Source: Chara braunii
Taxonomy: Eukaryota; Plantae; Charophyceae
Assembly: GCA_003427395.1 (NCBI GenBank)
Contig: BFEA01000008.1
Span: 2,543,157 to 2,607,156 of the forward strand
Direction: 5' to 3'
Length of the DNA stretch: 64,000 nucleotides
Shown in pieces: positions 57,190 through 64,000 of the stretch (position 1 is its first letter; every line of letters begins with the position of its first letter). Under the pieces are notes generated by a model. It saw only the letters and a list, made by a program, of their open reading frames with translations, did not search any database and was not told the origin of the DNA. Both the position numbers and the translations under genes were made by a program.

Positions 57190-58304
57190 TGACACGAAAG
57201 GGAGGAGTGGCGGGGCCTTCCAGGCCAACTTTGGCAGGGAATGGCGACAGGGATTACGGCGGGTGACCAGGGACGCAGATGAAATGCCGATCTACAAGAA
57301 GGGGGACAATTAGAGGTTGTTCCTGAGGGAGTTCGAAGACTATGCATTCAGGAGGGNGAAGGGGGACAATTAGAGGTTGTTCCTGAGGGAGTTCGAAGAC
57401 TATGCATTCAGGAGGGAGTGGGACACCCCAACCATGCTGCTGAGAGTGACAGCTTTGAGGGATTGTCAATTGAAGATTGAGGAAATTACCACCGACTGCC
57501 TAGGATGGATGACTTTCAAGACAGAGATGTGGGCTGAGTATGGGGACCTGAGAAAAGACGAGATCGAGGATGATATCATCTTTGATGGAACGAATGTGGA
57601 AGATTTTGAGGACAACCTCACTCTGTGTGCTGAAGAGAAAGGGTGGAAGGAGGAGGAGAAGTTGGAACAGGTAATGGCGAGAGTGGACCCTAGGGAATAT
57701 GAGAGTATGAGGAAGATCAAGGAGGAGTCAAATACCTAGGGTGAGGTTCTTGTCAAATTCAGGAGAACCTGCACTCTGGCGGTACAAAGACAAAAGAAAA
57801 GGCAGTTACTTTAGGAGCAGGGATTGTGGATCGGAAGGAGAGGGGACAAGCTAAAAAAGAAAGCTCAACAAAAAATTGACGAAGATGATGTGCCCCTCAG
57901 GCAGGTGCTTGTCAGGAAAAGGACAACAATTCAGAAGGAAGGTGGATCAGCAAGCAAGACCGCAGGAATGCAAGAGAAAAGAAGAGGCAAGGAGAAGAAG
58001 CAAAGCAAGGAAGAAGAGGGAGAGAGGAAACAGGACATGATGAGAGAAGACGAAGGGAAGAAGGAAGTGGAGGAGGTAGCAACAAAAAAAAAGGGCACAA
58101 AAGAGAAGAAGGAGAGGGAAGAAGAAGGAGAGAAGGAATCGGATACGATGAGTGGGAAAGAAGGGATAAAGGAGGTGGAGAAGATAGCAGAGGGGAAAGA
58201 GGGCGCAAAGGAGAATAAAGAAGAGGAAGAAGAGGAAGAAGAAAGGAATCAAACAGAAAAGGAAACTAGAATGGCCGCAGCTGAGAATCCTCTCAAGGAA
58301 CCGG
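57190..58304 (+). pseudogene. Gag/capsid-like ORF with KE-rich tail, downstream of the integrase
   Basis: Two helical repeats (LFLREFEDYAFRREW..; FDGTNVEDFEDNL..KGW..EKLEQV) resembling retrotransposon capsid N-termini; cut by element B. Confidence 0.5.
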
Positions 58305-59569
58305 TGTCGGGCCAAAAACCCTGACAAGGGTATTTGCCTGTGTTTTTGAACGTTGGACGTTGTCCGACTCTTGCGTTGAATTTAATGACTTGATGAGACT
58401 GACATTGCCAAACGTTTATTCAGACCAGCGCTATGACTGAGAGACCTAAACCTTTTTAGAACCTGAGGTTGTCAACGCAAGACGACATCGAGGTCCGCGC
58501 GGGATAGCGGGTATCAGCACTGTCATTCGAGGGTTTCTTCGACAAGGACATAGTAGTGTGCAGTCATGGAAAGACTAAAATTTGACCTATTCTATCTAAA
58601 AAATAATGTCGCGCGACTGCTAAGCCGCGCGATTCAGGGCCTAAGTGACTAAGGAGAGAGTTGCGTCGGGGTATGCGGCCACGACGCAGGAGGCGTACTA
58701 AGTTTTTAATTTCTCTAGGGCCGCGGGGTCTGATTTCGAGCCTGGGGGCCGATAGGCAAATGCCAAGGCTTACCCGGTTCGAAGGCCGACCAAGCAGCGG
58801 TCACGCGGCTAACTGGTATGGGTAGGCCACGAGCAGGAATGCCGGCAGACCACAAGTAGGACAGACCTGGTAGGCCACAGCCGGGGCAGGCCTGCTAAGC
58901 CACATACAGGCGAAGCCTGCAAGGCCGCAGGCAGGGGAATCATCTGGGCTAGCTCTTCATATTTTAGAGCAGCTCATGTTTAGTGTGAAACAGGAGCTAG
59001 CCCAGTAGGTTACGTCACGCGACTACTACCTAGCAGACACCAGGATCGAATCTGAGAGATTGTAACTACCGGGCTAACTCCTTTTGGAGCAGCCCAGCCT
59101 TTTGGGCACAGCCGATTTCGGCCGTCTGATCAAAAAGATCTCACGGCTAAGATTGGCCGCGCAGTGGTAGCATGGCCCTGCGCACAGAATGACACGCGCA
59201 AATCTAAATAGTAAAAAACTAAAAAATAAATAAAAATAAACAAAGAAAATTTTACATCACGCCACATGGCGCGCGAAGATGTGCCCAAAGGCACATAGCT
59301 GTTACCGTTGGTCTTTACTGCTACCCTACGATCCAACGCGCTAGATAACGCAGGAAGATGAGGTAGGGGACTGTAAGTTCCAGGAGGAATGACAGGCGCC
59401 CGTTTTCAACGGGCAACCATTTTCTATCCCAGGTAAGGTGGTTTTGTTTTTTCGATTTTTTTTTTAGATTTTTCCTAGATTTTAGTTTAGATTTTTCTTT
59501 TTTTCTTTTCTCCCTTTGTCTTCTTTTGTTAGGGCACCCGTTCGTTTTGAACGAACGCGTAGCTCTGTG

Positions 59570-59628
59570 CCAGGCTGTTTCGTCGGAATCTCACCGACTC
59601 ATCAGGAGGCTGAGCCTCAACAGTCTGG
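59570..59628 (-). ncRNA. Type III hammerhead ribozyme, intact core
   Basis: Minus strand: ccag a CUGU U GAGGC uca GCCUC CUGAUGA GUCGG ugagauu CCGAC GAA ACAG c cugg. All three stems pair; GUU triplet. Confidence 0.92.
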
Positions 59629-60033
59629 GCAGCAACTGAACGAGTAAAGCGCATGAACCTCGCGCTTATGGCGCCTAGGAACAGCTGCAAACTAGAGAAA
59701 AGGTAGGGGGTCACCTACCTCGTTGACCCCATGGGATTGCCATCTATAGGATGAGCAAAATTGAATGAATCTACCTCCGGAACGCGGAAGTATGAAGGGC
59801 AGTTGAGGGAAAGGCCACCCAGGTATGCATTTGTTTGCAACTGCAAGCGAACGAGGTGAGTTTTGCTTTTTTTTTCTATTTCATTTTGTTTTTCTTTTTC
59901 TTAGATTTTGCTTCAGATTCTTCTTAGATTTTATCTTTTTTTTTTTTTTTTTTTTTTTTTTTTCGTTTAGATTTTTTTTTTTTTTTCTTTTTATATACAC
60001 CACCCTTTCGTTTTGACGAACGGGTCGTGATAT

Positions 60034-60155
60034 GGGCCTAGCTGCACTACTCTAGAAATGCACAAAAGACAAAAATCTTGACGGTGTATCTTTCCATATT
60101 CTAGCGGAAGATTCGCTTTTATTTTGCACATTTCGAGAGTAGTGCGGCGATGCCA
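60034..60155. mobile_element. Tourist-like MITE inserted in the second hammerhead unit
   Basis: Reverse-oriented homolog of 33962-34082; flanked by TAT on both sides. Confidence 0.75.
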
Positions 60156-60159
60156 TATG

Positions 60160-60218
60160 CCAGACTGTTTCATCGGATTCTCACCGACTCATCAAGAGGC
60201 TGAACCTCTGCAGTCGGG
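60160..60218 (-). ncRNA. Type III hammerhead ribozyme, degenerate copy
   Basis: Minus strand: gacug CA GAGGU uca GCCUC UUGAUGA GUCGG ugagaau CCGAU GAA ACAGUC; substitutions C3U and U16.1C; exactly 590 nt from copy 1. Confidence 0.85.
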
Positions 60219-61690
60219 GCAACAACGAATGAATCTCCCCTACCATAGGGGACTGTGCACTACGCCTAGAGAAAGAGAGAGAGAAGGTATAGATACCTAC
60301 CTGCTACCTACCTACCTACGTGGCTTTGGANAACGCCACGCCCATCCATAAGGATGAGCAAAAAAACGAATGAATCTACCCCCATAGGTTTATACAGACG
60401 CCTATTCAAGGCGTTAGCAAAAACTGCAAGTAAGGTTTTTTTTTATATATTCTTTATCTTTTTGTTTGGTTTTTCTTTGCTTTGCGGTTTCCCCCGTTCT
60501 TGAGCCGTTGAGGCTCGACCAAACTGGGAAAACAAAGGAGGCTGAAACGAGAAAACTTAAAAGAGTACGAAGCAATTGCCTCGTGAAAGAAAGAACAGTC
60601 CTTTTGGACTGTGTGGGAGCACGAAGGCTCCCACTTCAGTTTTGAGAAAAACGACTGTGGCCACAAAATCTCAGATCTCGTGGCCCACACCGCGCGCGTG
60701 GAGATGGGACTGAGGGAGTAGAGGAGAGGGAGTGAGAGAGAGAATAAGGGTAGTTGGGAGGAGGAGGTCCTACTCCTCCCAACCTACCAACTGGCTTCTC
60801 CGTTTTCACGGGATGGCAGCAGAGGAAACGAAGGGGGCTGTTGCATAGAACAGCATGCACCTGGCCAAGGTAAAAGCCAGGTGTAGTAGAAATTAGAAAG
60901 TTAGTTTTTTTCTTTTCTTTTTCTTTACTTAGTGAGAGGACACTTGTCCTCACGTGGTGCTACCTCTGGCAGAAGCTGCTAGAGGTAACTATCAGGCTCC
61001 CGTTTTTGCTGGGAGCCTGAAAATTTAAAGGCCACTAAGGAAAAGGCTAGATGCAGACTTTTCCCCGATGTACCTGCCCTGGAAAAAGTGTCCAAACGCA
61101 TCAAACTGAAAAGGGTTGTATCTTTTCAACCGTTTATCAGAAAAATAAAAGAAAAACAGATTTGGAAATGGCAGAGCCCAGCTATCTCGCCAGGTTCCGA
61201 GATAGTTGGGGAAAAAGAAAAGAAAAAGAAAATAGGGCAGTTAAAGAAACTGCCCCACACTAAGGTTGTGGCTGTGGTGCGGTCAGAGTCTACCCTGGAT
61301 CTTGGCAGATCTAGGGCTCACAGTGAGCCCGCGATTTTGCCTGGGGGCTGGAGTGACGTCCAACCCTCCTCAACCAATATAAAAAAGGCAGCTGCCCCCC
61401 AACTGCCACACAATTGCACTCGTGCTGCAAGTGTGTGACGAGCACACTTGAGTGCTGGCTGCTGGAGCTGCTGCCTGAGGCAACGAGAGGAGAGGCTAGA
61501 GGACTGCAGAGGAGCGCAAGGAGGAGGAATGGGCAGCCATAGCCAAGGCAGGAAGCACTCTGCTCCCCTCACCTCTGGCTGGTGCTAGTCCCACGGGACA
61601 GACCCAGTAGTACTTCGGGACTGCGGCAGTGCGGCGCTGTGGGATTTGGGCCTGGGCCTAAATTCTACTAATTTTGACTTGCAATTTTTC

Positions 61691-62045
61691 CACTATAATG
61701 GGGAAGTGCTGCTAAAATTTTACAGCGGCGGCCCCGGGCTTTCCGGCGGTAGTACGTTGTGTCAGCAGGCCTGGTTTTTCAGCGGTGGTGCGGAAGCACT
61801 GCCGGTTTTTTGTGGCGGCAGGCCTGGTTTTTTAGCAGTGGTGCGGAAGCGCTGCCGGTTTTTTGCGGCGGCAGGCCTGGTTTTTCAGTGGTGGTGCGGA
61901 AGCGTCACCGGGTTTTTTACCGCGGCGGTTCCGGGTTTTCGGGAGTGGTGTGGTAGCGCTGTCGAAATTTTTCGAAGGTGACTGCGGTTTAACCAGTCGT
62001 GGTGCGATAGCGCTGCAAAAATCTTACGGCGGCGACGCAGGGTGT
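61691..62045 (+). mobile_element. Possible CACTA (En/Spm) terminus with subterminal repeats of about 52 bp
   Basis: CACTA at 61691 followed by repeats of gcggcaggcctggtttttcagcggtggtgcggaagc. Confidence 0.5.
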
Positions 62046-63167
62046 CGCGACAAGCGATCGTTCTGAGGAATGGTGTGGATTGTTTTGCGGGCGACTCATT
62101 GTGACAATCGTCTTCTCTAGAGTGTGATTTACACGGTCTTCCTGAGTGGGCCGTTTCTTCAATTTCACTCAAGGTCAGTCAGTTAAATTCACTCAGTTCC
62201 CTTAACACCTGAGTGAACCCACACTTGCTTTAACCTGTTTCACTGAATGTTCATTGAAAAAGGAAAAATAATGTGTGTGTTTGCGTGTATGACAGGGAGT
62301 CTGACAATCGAAAAGGATTGCATGGTGNNNNNNNNNNNNNNNNNNNNNNNNNNNNNNNNNNNNNNNNNNNNNNNNNNNNNNNNNNNNNNNNNNNNNNNNN
62401 NNNNNNNNNNNNNNNNNNNNNNNNNNNNNNNNNNNNNNNNNNNNNNNNNNNNNNNNNNNNNNNNNNNNNNNNNNNNNNNNNNNNNNNNNNNNNNNNNNNN
62501 NNNNNNNNNNNNNNNNNNNNNNNNNNNNNNNNNNNNNNNNNNNNNNNNNNNNNNNNNNNNNNNNNNNNNNNNNNNNNNNNNNNNNNNNNNNNNNNNNNNN
62601 NNNNNNNNNNNNNNNNNNNNNNNNNNNNNNNNNNNNNNNNNNNNNNNNNNNNNNNNNNNNNNNNNNNNNNNNNNNNNNNNNNNNNNNNNNNNNNNNNNNN
62701 NNNNNNNNNNNNNNNNNNNNNNNNNNNNNNNNNNNNNNNNNNNNNNNNNNNNNNNNNNNNNNNNNNNNNNNNNNNNNNNNNNNNNNNNNNNNNNNNNNNN
62801 NNNNNNNNNNNNCATGCCGATTCGGTGGAGACGGCCCGTCTTCTGAGATCCAAGTTTTGTACTCGGGCGAGGAAAAGGAGTATCCCAGACCACCTCTTAG
62901 GGTAATGGAAAAGGCATCCACACAGAAAAAAATTATTTCTTGACGCCTTGCGAAAAAGAAAGGACTGCCTTAGCAATCCTGTTTTGGGTCGTCATCCTAG
63001 GTACCACTAACGTATGGGGAACTGGTGCCACAAGCAGCTCAATTTGTGTCATTCTAGCCCAACGAGGTGTATTCAGACACTCAAGACGTGGTTGGCCATG
63101 TCATAAGAAGCACGGGCCAGAAGGAAGACAAATGTTTTAGTGATACTTAGTTTTAACTTAATCACAT

Positions 63168-64000
63168 TTGTCTTCTTTTTCTTTGAGATGGCTACGGGAT
63201 CCATTGGAATTATTCTTTTTCGACAATCGTGATGCGGCGGCAGAGAGAGTTGAACTCCAAAGGCATGATGGAGTGAGTGTAGAAAGCATAGGCCGACTTA
63301 TTTATAATCCGTCTGAATTATATTTTAAGGAGGACGTTCCACGATTTTGGGGTGGTAGTGCGCAAAGACCCCTCAGACGACTTATTTTCAGGAGTGATAA
63401 CGGCCTGGATATTCTTTATTACGAGTTTGCACCGCCATTGCCCAAACGTCACTTCGTTGATATGAAATTGGTGATATTGCAGCCATACGAACTCAATCCA
63501 CGGGTGGACGAGATCCCGGAAATAAGGTTGACGTACGTATGTTACGTGCTTTGGGTAAATGAGCGACAAGGCCAATTTTTTGACATATACTACGCGGAGC
63601 GGATACGTGCCAATAGGTACGCAATTATAGGAGCTGAAACATTATATGTGATGAATTGGAAAATGAAGCGGAAGAACTCGAGGAACTTTTACGTGACTTA
63701 TTTGGATTCGTTCTGATACGCAAATGCCTGAAGCACAAAGAAACTTGACGATCCCGATGTATATGCTGGTCCGTGATACACCCGAGGAGGATCTCATCAA
63801 GAGTGCAGCGCGACTTCTACAAGTACGAGATGGATCTCCTATCGACTGGTTTGACTTCGTTGGACTGCTTCGAAGTGGGGAGGGATTTGTCCCTAATACT
63901 CGCGCGGATTTCAGAGCCAACATGGTTCGAACTTCTGACGAGTTTTACGGTTATACTTTGTATTTCCACCGCGCGAGTAACCTCTCCGGATTCGGGACAC
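63168..64000 (+). pseudogene. Hypothetical protein fragment(s), possibly transposon cargo
   Basis: 182-aa open frame, then a protein-like continuation in another frame (TIPMYMLVRDTPEEDL..) to the window end; no recognised motif. Confidence 0.4.

Larger units (their letters stand above)
58305..60460 (+). mobile_element. Non-coding structured TG-starting insertion (element B) containing tandem hammerhead units; 3' end not determined
   Basis: Starts tgtcgg..accctgacaagggtat like element A; two diverged units at about 59430-59855 and 59856-60430. Confidence 0.55.

Noticed and set aside
57298-57416. Biological 60-bp duplication in the gag-like ORF
   Set aside because: Identical copies separated by a single n; probably an unmerged contig overlap.
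59690-59780. HDV-like or hairpin ribozyme in the repeat unit
   Set aside because: Hairpins exist but I could not build the nested pseudoknot or the loop A/B consensus, and the second unit differs.

Overview
Repeat-dense eukaryotic nuclear DNA. The transposon families and microsatellite style suggest a green-lineage alga such as Chara; this is an inference and was not checked. Nearly all of the window is nested, decayed mobile DNA: a Penelope-like element with an N-terminal GIY-YIG domain, an extra zinc-knuckle ORF and a minimal hammerhead (4.8-9.8 kb, minus); a 9.4-kb Ty3/gypsy-like unit (9831-19239) plus the start of a second copy; LINE fragments; a hAT transposase; MITEs; a tRNA-derived SINE; a second gypsy pol followed by a gag-like ORF; and a possible CACTA end. 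One probable host first exon lies at 30725-31447 (minus), next to a Nextera mate-pair adapter artefact. The strongest leads are: (1) the gypsy-like unit does not look like a normal LTR element. It begins TGTGACG, ends CGTCACA, and joins the next copy through the palindrome CGTCACA-TA-TGTGACG, with the PPT inside the repeat and no CA before the PBS, which suggests a single-LTR circle integrated at a palindromic att site. (2) The same unit carries a PHD finger in front of its integrase and several accessory ORFs. (3) Two type III hammerhead ribozymes lie 590 nt apart in tandem units (59.4-60.4 kb), a retrozyme-like arrangement. All alignments, folds and translations outside the supplied ORF track were done by eye.
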